DNA of 64,000 nt, from positions 9 through 64,008 of the forward strand of contig JBGSNT010000290.1 in NCBI GenBank assembly GCA_041739575.1, written 5' to 3'. Positions 55,947-64,000 of this stretch are shown here, in pieces. Source of the DNA: Nodosilinea sp. (GTDB taxonomy: Bacteria; Cyanobacteriota; Cyanobacteriia; Phormidesmidales; Phormidesmidaceae). The notes beneath the pieces were generated by a model. That model did no database searches. It worked only from the letters and a program-made list of their open reading frames with translations, and had not been told where the DNA came from. The position numbers were made by a program, and so were the translations under genes. Positions within the stretch are counted from its first letter, which is position 1. Each line of letters starts with the position of its first letter.

Positions 55947-58433
55947 ATGAAGATCCTACTTGTTGAGGATGACCCTGATACCCGAGACCTGTTGGTCTTT
56001 CACCTGACTGCGGCGCGCTATACCGTGGAACAGGCGGTGGACGGTATAATTGCCCAGGATCTAGCCGCCCTGTGGAACTACGACCTGATTCTGCTAGACG
56101 TGAATATTCCTCGGCTGGACGGCCTGAGCCTGTGTCGCCATCTACGGGGACAGAGGGTATCGACGCCAATTCTGATGCTGACGGCCCAGGCTGGGGACGA
56201 AGATGTCATCACCGGGCTCGATGCAGGGGCCGACGACTACGTCACGAAACCCTTTGAGGTGTCCCAGGTGCTGGCCCGCATTCGGGCTCTGCTGCGGCGG
56301 GGGGCGCAGGCAACCACCATTCCCGCCCTGGTGTGGGGGAAGCTCTGCCTAGACTCGACCCTGGCCCAGGTGACCTACGCAGGCCGTGTGGTGCCACTGA
56401 CCCCCAAGGAATATAGCCTCCTAGAGTTATTCCTGCGCCATCCCCAGCGGGTGTTTAGTCGCAGTACCATTCTCGACCACCTGTGGACCATTGACGACTC
56501 CCCCACGGAGGGGGCAGTGACTAACCTGGTAAAGGATTTGCGCAACCGCCTCAAGCGCAGTGGCGTGGTCGAAAACGTGATTCAAACGGTCTATGGTCTA
56601 GGCTACCGCCTGCGGGATACCCCCCCCCAGGCGGCGGCCATACCACCTCGCCCCGCTGGCGAGAACGGCTCCGGTGCCCCGGGAAAAAGGCACGGATGGT
56701 CGGAGGGTGGGCTCATCTCTGCCCCCGTAGTTACCGAGGCGAGGGTAGAAGCAGCGGTGCCCAAGTCGCTAGAGACGATCGCGGCTCGGTTTCAGGCTTC
56801 GCTTCAAGCCCGGTTGGCGGTGGTAGAGGAGGCGGTGCGATCGCTCCAGGCTGGTGAGCTACCCCTCCAGCAGCGGGTGATTGCTCGGGAAGAGGCCCAT
56901 CGTCTGGCCGGTGGTTTGGGCACCTTTGGCTACGAGGATGGCTCAACCCTGGCGCGCCAGATGGAGCAGCTCCTAACGACTAGCCAGGGGTTGACGACAG
57001 CTGAGGTCGATCGGCTCTCCGGATGGCTACTGGCCCTTAAGCAAACCCTGGCGCTGCCCCCCAAGCCCATCGACCGGGCCGATTCTGCCGCCGATCCTCC
57101 CATTGATAACAGCCAGACTCCCCGCCATCGGGCCGTAGCCCTGGCGGTGACCCCAGAGTTGATTAACGCCCTGCAGGTCGATGGGGCGGGGCGGGGATGG
57201 GACCTCGAGTGTGCCACCAGCCTGGCTGGGCTGATGCAAATGCTGGCTCAAGGGGGCATTGAGGCGGCGGTGCTGCCCCTGGATCAAACCGCGCCCCTGG
57301 CTGAAAAGCTGGCGCCCCTGCGAGAAATTAAACACCGCTACCCCAAGCTGCCGGTGCTGGTGCTAACTAACCACGATAGCCTCGAAGAGCGGGTGCAGGT
57401 GGCTCGGCTGCAGGGCGATCGCTATCTGGTTGTCCCTACCCCAGTCGGCCAGATTTTCGATACCCTCGATCAGCTGCTCCCGGAGGCGCAGGCCCCGAAG
57501 GCGCGGGTGATGGTGGTTGACACCGACCCGGTGACCCGCAGCGCCATGATCGAACTTTTGACCCCCTGGGGCCTGCAGGTGACCGGACTGGGCGACCCCA
57601 GTCAGTTTTGGGAAGTGCTGCGACAAACCGAGCCAGACCTGCTGCTACTAGCCCTGGAGATGCCAACCTTTAGCGGCATTGATCTGTGTCAGGTGGTACG
57701 CCAGGACTCGCGGTTTGGCAACCTGCCAATTTTAATGGTGGCGGCCCACCCGGACACCGTCACGGTGCGCCAGGTATTTGAAATGGGCGGCGACGACCTG
57801 ATTGGCAAACCGATTGTGGGGCCTGAACTGGTAACTCGAGTATTGAGCCGGATTGAGCGATCGCGGCTGCGCCAGCAGATTGAGCAAATGCGCCATCGCC
57901 AAGCCCTCTATTGGGATCAGCAAAATACCACCGACCCCCTCACCCAGGTGGCCAATAGCCTGCACTTTGACGCTTTTCTGCAGCAGCAGTGGGAGCGGCA
58001 CTGCCGAGACCAGGCTCCCATCTCCCTAATTCTGTGTGCGCCAGACTCACTGCGCCCCTACTACCAGGTCTACGGCCAGCAGGCGGGTGATGCCTCCCTG
58101 CGGCAGATTGCCCGCACCCTGCACCACACCATTAACCCCAACATTGACCTGGTGGCCCGCTGCGGCGACAACGAGTTTGGCATCGTACTGCCCAACACCA
58201 ATCTAGATGGGGCCCTGCGCGTGGTTTCTCGCATGCAGCAGGCCGTTGCCGATCTCAAAATTCCGCACCCCAGCTCCGCCTCAGGAGATTACATCACCCT
58301 CAGCCTAGGCATTGGCGGCACTATCCCTATTTCTACCCTGTCGAGTGACCACCTGCTCAAAACCGCTGACCAGGCCCTTAAAGATGCGATGGGGCGCGGT
58401 GGCAATACCTTTTGTCTGTATCCCATGTGCTGA
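55947..58433 (+). CDS. RcaC-like hybrid response regulator: REC, OmpR winged helix, HPt, two receiver-like domains and a degenerate GGDEF domain
   Basis: REC1 with D51 (LILLDVNIP) and KPF. wHTH (...VYGLGYRLR). HPt (AH318RLAGGLGTFG). The third receiver has Ala at the acceptor position (LLLLALEMP). The GGDEF fold carries GDNEF, with CAPD in place of DxD. Confidence 0.85.
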   Translation: MKILLVEDDPDTRDLLVFHLTAARYTVEQAVDGIIAQDLAALWNYDLILLDVNIPRLDGLSLCRHLRGQRVSTPILMLTAQAGDEDVITGLDAGADDYVTKPFEVSQVLARIRALLRRGAQATTIPALVWGKLCLDSTLAQVTYAGRVVPLTPKEYSLLELFLRHPQRVFSRSTILDHLWTIDDSPTEGAVTNLVKDLRNRLKRSGVVENVIQTVYGLGYRLRDTPPQAAAIPPRPAGENGSGAPGKRHGWSEGGLISAPVVTEARVEAAVPKSLETIAARFQASLQARLAVVEEAVRSLQAGELPLQQRVIAREEAHRLAGGLGTFGYEDGSTLARQMEQLLTTSQGLTTAEVDRLSGWLLALKQTLALPPKPIDRADSAADPPIDNSQTPRHRAVALAVTPELINALQVDGAGRGWDLECATSLAGLMQMLAQGGIEAAVLPLDQTAPLAEKLAPLREIKHRYPKLPVLVLTNHDSLEERVQVARLQGDRYLVVPTPVGQIFDTLDQLLPEAQAPKARVMVVDTDPVTRSAMIELLTPWGLQVTGLGDPSQFWEVLRQTEPDLLLLALEMPTFSGIDLCQVVRQDSRFGNLPILMVAAHPDTVTVRQVFEMGGDDLIGKPIVGPELVTRVLSRIERSRLRQQIEQMRHRQALYWDQQNTTDPLTQVANSLHFDAFLQQQWERHCRDQAPISLILCAPDSLRPYYQVYGQQAGDASLRQIARTLHHTINPNIDLVARCGDNEFGIVLPNTNLDGALRVVSRMQQAVADLKIPHPSSASGDYITLSLGIGGTIPISTLSSDHLLKTADQALKDAMGRGGNTFCLYPMC

Positions 58434-58450
58434 GGTAGCCCCAGCGCGTC

Positions 58451-61270
58451 ATGAAGTTTTCCCTACGCAATCTGCTAATTATTCCATTCTTGCTCCAGAT
58501 TATTAGCATTACTGGGGTAGTGGGCTATTTGTCCTACCGCAGTGGGCAGCGGGCCGTAAGGGATCTGGCCAACCAGCTGATGACGGAGACGGGCCAGCGG
58601 GTCGGGGAAAGCCTGGATGCCTATCTAAAAGTTCCTGAAATTGTGACGAAAAACAATGCCTACCTGATTCAGTCTGGGCAGTTTAGCAGCACAGATTTAG
58701 CCAGTCTTCAAGGGCATCTCATCGCGCAGCTCAAGCTGTTTCCCGAGCTGACGGGTTTTGTGATCGCCAATCCGGACGGGGCATTTCTGAACGTCGCTCG
58801 CTCAACCGATCAATCCTTTGCCATCCGGCAGCGCAACGTCACCGTCAACGATGGACTTCTGTATCGCTACCGGGTCGATAGCCAGGGCCAAAATGCTGTG
58901 CCGAATGGACCCATCAGCTCCGGCTATGACCCCCGTCACGACCCCCCCGATGACCCCTGGTACAGCGCCGCGCAGCTGTCCCAGGCAGGGCTCTGGCGTT
59001 TGGTGGTGACGCTGGAAAAGGGAGACAATGCCCCCCAGCTCGTGATGGTGCGGTTTGTGCCGATTTACACCCCAACCGGAGAGTTTGGGGGAGTGTTTAG
59101 TACGGGTATTTTGCTAACTCAGCTGGGGGAGTTCTTACAAGGCCTCATCCCTGGCTCCCAGGGGCAGTTTTTTTTAATCGAACCGGACGGCAACCTGGTG
59201 GCCACATCCACTGGAGAGGTGCCCTTTAACGCCCAGGCTAAAAGCGATCGCGCCCAAAACGTGACGGTCCAGGATCGACGGCTGCCGGTAGGCCAAAGCA
59301 GCAACCCCCTGACCCGAGCCGTGGCTCAGAACCTTCTGGAGCATCGCCCAGACTTTAGCCACATTCAGGGGCCAGTTTTCGCGGAACTGCGCTTTGGGGA
59401 GCAACGCTATTTCGTTGCCGCTGCCCCAATCCAAAGCGATCTGGACTGGATTCTAGTGACCGTCGTCCCAACTTCTGCGTTCATGGCGGATATCTACATG
59501 AATGTGGCCCGCACAGCCCTGTTGTGTGCTCTAGCCCTGATGGGGGCGATTGGGATGGGGCTATGGACGGCTGATTACATTACCAAGCCAATTCTCTCGC
59601 TGCAGGGGGCGACCCAGGCCTTTACCGACGGGATAGCGGTGGTGCCGCCGACACAGCCCACCCGGATTCAGGAGGTGGAGAGCCTGCGGCAGGGGTTTGA
59701 CCAGATGGTGGGCCAACTGTTGGAGTCATTTCAAAATCTCAAAGACCGCGAAAACACCCTGGCGACCTTTCTCAATGGGGTGCCGGTGGCCCTTAGCGTT
59801 CACGATCAGACGGGACAAATGCTGTTTCTCAACGCCAAGGGCAAAGAGATGTTGGTCAACGGCATTGCCTTGGCCAACGCTGATCAACTGGCAGAGACTT
59901 ACCGACTCTACCGGGCCGGCACCACGGTGCTATATCCCACCGCAGATCTGCCGGTGGTGCGGGGACTGCGGGGGGAAACCGCCTATACTGACGATATTGA
60001 GGTGGATCAGGGCGATCGCCGCATTCCCCTAGAGGTCCACACAATACCGGTCTTTAACCGACTGGGTCAGGTGCTCTACTCGATCAATACCTTTCAAGAC
60101 ATTACCGAGCGCCGTCAAACCGAGCAGCTACGGGCCAACTATCAGCAGGAGCTGGAGCGCCAGGTCGCTCAACAGACGGCCTCCCTCGTGGACAGTGAGG
60201 CGACCAAGCAAGCCCTGATTAACGCGATTCCAGACCTGCTGATGCGGCTGGGCAAGGATGGTAGGCCCCTGGAGGTCTACAACATGGCGGCGGTGAACTG
60301 GATGGGCGACCAGGCCCGTATCCATGAGATCACCACCTACGACAACCTGCCCGACCCGATCGCCGAGGAGCGTCGGCACTGCGTTGAGCAGGCGCTAGCC
60401 ACGGGGACTATCCAGCGACAGGAGTACGAGCTATATCACGGTGGAAAAATTGTCTACGAAGAGGCGCGAATTATTCCGGTAACGCCGGAGGAAGTACTGG
60501 TGGTGGTGCGCGATATCAGCGATCGCTACAAGATCGACCGCCTCAAGGACGAGTTTATCTCCATTGTTAGCCATGAGCTGCGCACACCCCTGACAGCCAT
60601 TCGCGGGGGACTGGGAATTTTGGCCTCGGGGGTGCTGGCGGATCGCCCCGAGAAGGTCCAGCATATGCTGCAAATGGCCCTCAAAAACAGTGAGCGGCTA
60701 ATTCGCCTAGTCAACGATATTCTGGATCTAGAGCGCCTAGCCTCAGGCCGCATTGAGCTGGTCATGGAGCCCTGTCAAATTGAAGACTTGGTAGCCCTGG
60801 CGGTGAGCGGGGTCGAGGCGATCGCCCTGGAGGCCGGAGTCACCCTTCACGTTCAGGCGGTGCCTGCAACCCTGATGGCGGCACCCGATGCGATCGTGCA
60901 AACCCTGATCAACCTGCTGGGCAATGCGATTAAATTTTCTGCCCCCGGTAGCCAAGTTTGGTTAACCGCTGAGGTGATCCCCGGCAGTCGAGCGAAGACC
61001 AATCAGGGTCAGCAGTCCTTCTATGATCGGCCCTGCCTACAGATGACGGTCACCGATCAGGGCCGGGGCGTTCCCTCGGATCGGCTCGAATCCATTTTTG
61101 AACGATTCCAGCAGGTGGATGTATCCGACTCGCGCCAGAGGGGGGGGACCGGCTTGGGATTGGCCATCTGCAAACGGATTGTTCAGCAGCATCGGGGGGA
61201 AATCTGGGTAGAGAGCCAGTTGGGCCAGGGCAGTACTTTCTACGTTACGTTGCCGATTAGAAATCCATGA
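58451..61270 (+). CDS. Sensor histidine kinase: TM-bounded extracytoplasmic Cache-like domain, HAMP, two PAS, HisKA, HATPase
   Basis: N-terminal TM helix, about 320 aa extracytoplasmic region, second TM helix, HAMP (ITKPILSLQGAT), PAS regions, H-box SHELRTPLTAI, G-box GTGLGLAICKRIV. Confidence 0.9.
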   Translation: MKFSLRNLLIIPFLLQIISITGVVGYLSYRSGQRAVRDLANQLMTETGQRVGESLDAYLKVPEIVTKNNAYLIQSGQFSSTDLASLQGHLIAQLKLFPELTGFVIANPDGAFLNVARSTDQSFAIRQRNVTVNDGLLYRYRVDSQGQNAVPNGPISSGYDPRHDPPDDPWYSAAQLSQAGLWRLVVTLEKGDNAPQLVMVRFVPIYTPTGEFGGVFSTGILLTQLGEFLQGLIPGSQGQFFLIEPDGNLVATSTGEVPFNAQAKSDRAQNVTVQDRRLPVGQSSNPLTRAVAQNLLEHRPDFSHIQGPVFAELRFGEQRYFVAAAPIQSDLDWILVTVVPTSAFMADIYMNVARTALLCALALMGAIGMGLWTADYITKPILSLQGATQAFTDGIAVVPPTQPTRIQEVESLRQGFDQMVGQLLESFQNLKDRENTLATFLNGVPVALSVHDQTGQMLFLNAKGKEMLVNGIALANADQLAETYRLYRAGTTVLYPTADLPVVRGLRGETAYTDDIEVDQGDRRIPLEVHTIPVFNRLGQVLYSINTFQDITERRQTEQLRANYQQELERQVAQQTASLVDSEATKQALINAIPDLLMRLGKDGRPLEVYNMAAVNWMGDQARIHEITTYDNLPDPIAEERRHCVEQALATGTIQRQEYELYHGGKIVYEEARIIPVTPEEVLVVVRDISDRYKIDRLKDEFISIVSHELRTPLTAIRGGLGILASGVLADRPEKVQHMLQMALKNSERLIRLVNDILDLERLASGRIELVMEPCQIEDLVALAVSGVEAIALEAGVTLHVQAVPATLMAAPDAIVQTLINLLGNAIKFSAPGSQVWLTAEVIPGSRAKTNQGQQSFYDRPCLQMTVTDQGRGVPSDRLESIFERFQQVDVSDSRQRGGTGLGLAICKRIVQQHRGEIWVESQLGQGSTFYVTLPIRNP

Positions 61271-61653
61271 CCAAACGTATTTTAGTCATTGACGATGAGG
61301 TGGACATTCGCGAGGTGGTCTGTCTATCCCTGGAGGAGTTTGGCGGCTGGTACACCGATAGCGCCGCCTCGGGACGCGAGGGCATTACCAAAGCGGTGAG
61401 GGGCACCTGGGACGCGATTTTGCTGGACCTGTCTATGCCCGATATGGATGGGTATGCGGTCTACGACCAGCTCCAAAGTCACCCTAGCACCGAGACCATC
61501 CCGGTGATATTGCTGACTGCGAAGGTGCTGACTCGCGATCGCTTTACTACCCCAAACTTAGCTACCCCAAACATAGCCGGGGTAATCGCCAAACCCTTTG
61601 ACCCCGTGACCGTATGGAAACAAGTGGCTCAGCTAGTGAGCTGGGCCACCTGA
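61267..61653 (+). CDS. Single-domain CheY-like response regulator
   Basis: ILVIDDE, acceptor Asp in ILLDLSMPDMDG, LLTAK, AKPF. The ATGA start/stop overlap with the kinase gene implies translational coupling. Confidence 0.9.
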   Translation: MTKRILVIDDEVDIREVVCLSLEEFGGWYTDSAASGREGITKAVRGTWDAILLDLSMPDMDGYAVYDQLQSHPSTETIPVILLTAKVLTRDRFTTPNLATPNIAGVIAKPFDPVTVWKQVAQLVSWAT

Positions 61654-61685
61654 GCAGGGGAACTGGGACAAGCATTGTAGGCCCA

Positions 61686-61727
61686 CCCCGACCTAGGGGC
61701 AATGGACCTGTTGCCCCTAGGCCGGGG
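61686..61727. terminator. Strong hairpin between the convergent RR and infC genes, overlapping the infC stop codon
   Basis: ccccg-a-cctaggggcaa (61686-61702), 8-nt loop, ttgcccctagg-c-cgggg (61711-61727). 16 bp with one mismatch and no U-tract. Confidence 0.5.
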
Positions 61728-62202
61728 TGATCATGAGCACCAGGGCCTTTTTATCGAGGGCCTGCACCTTACCGGCAGGGCCAATATCCTGCACAATTCT
61801 ATCGAGCAGCTCGCCGGCGCGATCGCGGTGCTGGTGCTCACGGCCCCTCAGACGCACCAAAAACTTCACGGAGTCTCCCTTGGACAGCCACTCCACAGAG
61901 CGTCGAATGCGGAGCTGGTAGTCAGACTCGCCCACGTTGGGACGCAGCTTAACCTCCTTTAAGGAGGGCTTAGAGGTTTGCTTCTGTCGCTTACTCTGCT
62001 GATACTGGAGCTTACCGTAGTCCAAAATCTTGGCCACAGGGGCATCTTTGCCGTTAGAGACCACCACCAGATCGAGGCCCTGATCCTCGGCGAGCTTGAG
62101 GGCATCGCGGGTTTCCATGAGACCCCGGTTTTGGTTCTCATGGTCGATCAAGAACACCTGTGGTGAGCGAATTTGTCGGTTGACCAGTTGCGTCTTAGAA
62201 AT
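61717..62202 (-). CDS. infC: Translation initiation factor IF-3, probably initiating at ATT
   Basis: The track ORF (GTG at 62157) lacks the conserved N-terminus. The frame stays open up to a TGA at 62217-62215 and encodes ISKTQLVNRQIRSPQVFLID, with ATT at 62202-62200 preceded by GAGGGA 6 nt upstream. Confidence 0.8.
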   Translation of the reverse strand: MSKTQLVNRQIRSPQVFLIDHENQNRGLMETRDALKLAEDQGLDLVVVSNGKDAPVAKILDYGKLQYQQSKRQKQTSKPSLKEVKLRPNVGESDYQLRIRRSVEWLSKGDSVKFLVRLRGREHQHRDRAGELLDRIVQDIGPAGKVQALDKKALVLMITPA

Positions 62203-62466
62203 AAGTCGTCCCTCTCAAAATTCGACAGTAAAGCCAGGTCGCCATTGACAAAACTGCCCAAGCCGGGCCTGGCAGAGGAAGCTTACCCTCCATTGAGGAT
62301 GCGCTATCCATAGGATATCAATAGAATAGCCTAGCTTCCAAGGGTGAGATGTGTCGAAATATTCGGTCTTTACAAAACGGCAAATCCCCCGAGAAGTATG
62401 GGTTTGATGCCACTCCTGAGGATGCCACTGCCCTGGAGCGTAGAACAGAAGTTTAGAGGGAAGTCC

Positions 62467-63591
62467 ATGGCCACCTACTTTGCCACCGTTGCCCGTGGCC
62501 TCGAGGCCCTAGCTGCTACAGAGCTTGAGAGCCTGGGTGCTGAGCAGGTCGTACCCAGTTTCTGCGGGGTCGCCTTTGAGGGCGATCGCGCTCTGCTGTA
62601 CCGGGTCAACCTGTGGGCGCGGCTGCCCTTTCGGGTCTTGGTGAAGCTGGAGGAATTTGCCTGCTACGACGCCGAAGACCTTTACCGGGGCATTCAGCGC
62701 CTAGACTGGCGGCCTTACCTGACCCCTGACCTCACCTTCGCGGTCGATGCCACGGGCAAAAACCGCCGCCTCAACCACACCCATTTCACTGCCCTACAGG
62801 TCAAAAACGCGGTGGTCGATCAGCAGCGGGAGCAATGGGGCGATCGCTCCACCATCGACACCCAGCACCCCGAAGTGCGCCTCAATGTCCATATTCACGA
62901 CGACACCTGCACCGTCAGCCTAGATAGCTCCGGCAGCAGTCTGCATCGGCGCGGCTATCGTCCGGCGGTGGGGGCCGCCCCCCTGAAGGAATCTCTAGCG
63001 GCGGCGTTGGTCACCCTGGCGGGCTGGCCCGGGGATGTGCCCCTGCTGGACCCCCTGTGCGGGTCGGGAACGCTGCCCCTGGAGGCCAGCTTGATGGCGC
63101 TGAATATCGCCCCCGGCCTGTTTCGTGAGGAATTTGGGTTCCACACCTGGCCTGATTTTGACGGCGACCTGTGGGATGACCTATACCGGCAGGCGGAGGC
63201 GGAACGCAAGCCGGAGCTGGGCACCTGGGTAGGGGGCTGCGATCGCGACCCAGCCGTCATTCACCAGGCCCGCCTCAATGCCCAGCGCTGCGACCTGACC
63301 GACCAGATCAACTTTTGGACCGAGGATCTAGCTGACCTGGAAGCCCCTGCGGACAGCGGCTATCTGCTGTGCAACCCCCCCTACGGTGAGCGGCTGGGGG
63401 CGGACGAGGATTTGGGCGCCTTCTACAAACTACTGGGAGATGTGCTGAAGCAGCGCTTTAAGGGCTGGACGGCCTTTGTGCTGAGCGGCAACAAAGCCCT
63501 CTCCCAACACATCGGGCTGAAGTCGGCCCAGCGGGTAGCGGTGTACAACGGAACGCTGCCCTGTCAGTGGCTCAAGTACGAGCTGTATTGA
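62467..63591 (+). CDS. THUMP-domain class I SAM-dependent RNA methyltransferase (RlmL N-domain / m2G type)
   Basis: N-terminal THUMP region, DPLCGSGTL SAM motif, NPPYGERLG catalytic motif. ATG at 62467 (MATYFATVARGLE). Confidence 0.85.
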   Translation: MATYFATVARGLEALAATELESLGAEQVVPSFCGVAFEGDRALLYRVNLWARLPFRVLVKLEEFACYDAEDLYRGIQRLDWRPYLTPDLTFAVDATGKNRRLNHTHFTALQVKNAVVDQQREQWGDRSTIDTQHPEVRLNVHIHDDTCTVSLDSSGSSLHRRGYRPAVGAAPLKESLAAALVTLAGWPGDVPLLDPLCGSGTLPLEASLMALNIAPGLFREEFGFHTWPDFDGDLWDDLYRQAEAERKPELGTWVGGCDRDPAVIHQARLNAQRCDLTDQINFWTEDLADLEAPADSGYLLCNPPYGERLGADEDLGAFYKLLGDVLKQRFKGWTAFVLSGNKALSQHIGLKSAQRVAVYNGTLPCQWLKYELY

Positions 63592-63621
63592 CCTCCGAGG
63601 GGCGCGATGGACCCATGCCCC

Positions 63622-64000
63622 CTAATCCTCCAAGGTCGCCAGGGCCGCTTTGATTGGATCTGGATCGGGGTCTGGGTCGGGAACCAAGGTATCCAGACTG
63701 TGGCCCAGCTTGTCGGCAAGTCCCGCGATCCAGGCTTCGTCTTGGCGGGTGTAGCTGCGGGGGGCATTGGCCGCCAAAATTAGCACGCCGCCCTGGCCCA
63801 TGGGCTGGCAGATCACGCCCTGAGTGTTGGCGGGCAGGTAGTCGAACTCGACCCGGCCTGGATAAATGCTGAGTTTTACCAAGTACACGGCCTTGCCGGT
63901 CTCGAGCACCCGTTGCAAAATCGGACCGGGGGTAACGTTGGCTTTAGGAGCCAGAATGCCGCGCCGCAGCAGGGTTTTGCCCTGACGATAGGCGACCACA
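63622..64000 (-). CDS. C-terminal part of a GAF-like domain protein; the gene continues beyond the right edge
   Basis: The frame is open to the window end. The sequence ...VLETGKAVYLVKL...GVICQPMGQGGVLILAANAPRSYTRQDEAWIAGLADKLG resembles the second half of a GAF fold. Confidence 0.45.
   Translation of the reverse strand, partial: VVAYRQGKTLLRRGILAPKANVTPGPILQRVLETGKAVYLVKLSIYPGRVEFDYLPANTQGVICQPMGQGGVLILAANAPRSYTRQDEAWIAGLADKLGHSLDTLVPDPDPDPDPIKAALATLED

Noticed and set aside
1-64000. CRISPR arrays, rRNA, tmRNA, RNase P RNA, SRP RNA, transposases, reverse transcriptases and toxin-antitoxin pairs.
   Set aside because: I looked through all spacers longer than 100 bp and all ORFs. I found no regularly spaced repeats of 25-40 bp, no matching conserved RNA cores, and no such protein families.

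Overview
GC-rich cyanobacterial chromosomal segment. The assignment rests on about sixty copies of the HIP1 octamer GCGATCGC (counted by eye) and on gene content: psaM, crtR, rbcR/ycf30, a clpR-clpP3 pair, ferrochelatase with a CAB/Hlip tail, a Tic22-like protein and an Aas-type acyl-ACP synthetase. I call about 58 protein genes and one tRNA-Pro(UGG). They are tightly packed and mostly housekeeping: glycolysis (gpmI, pyk), PDH E2, arginine and shikimate synthesis (argB, aroK, aroH), RNase R, IF-3, Clp protease, a SEDS cell-wall polymerase and an Fe-S carrier. I saw no rRNA, CRISPR array, transposase, reverse transcriptase or obvious defence or toxin-antitoxin module, so I cannot point to a clear-cut novel multi-gene system. 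The most unusual items are: (1) a three-gene signalling operon at 55947-61653, whose first gene is an RcaC-like hybrid regulator (REC, OmpR wHTH, HPt, then REC-like domains) extended by a degenerate GGDEF domain; it is followed by a Cache/PAS histidine kinase and a CheY-like regulator, and an orphan tyrosine recombinase lies just upstream; (2) a candidate ~70-nt sRNA on the minus strand at about 47255-47325, with a near-consensus promoter and an intrinsic terminator; (3) several perfect palindromes and tandem repeats in divergent promoter regions; (4) long poly-C tracts at functionally sensitive positions; (5) an intergenic spacer bracketed by 13-bp inverted repeats (MITE-like); (6) a divergent 734-aa transketolase-family enzyme. 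Several gene starts in the ORF track are over-extended and were trimmed. psaM and the true ATT start of infC are not visible in the ORF track as given.
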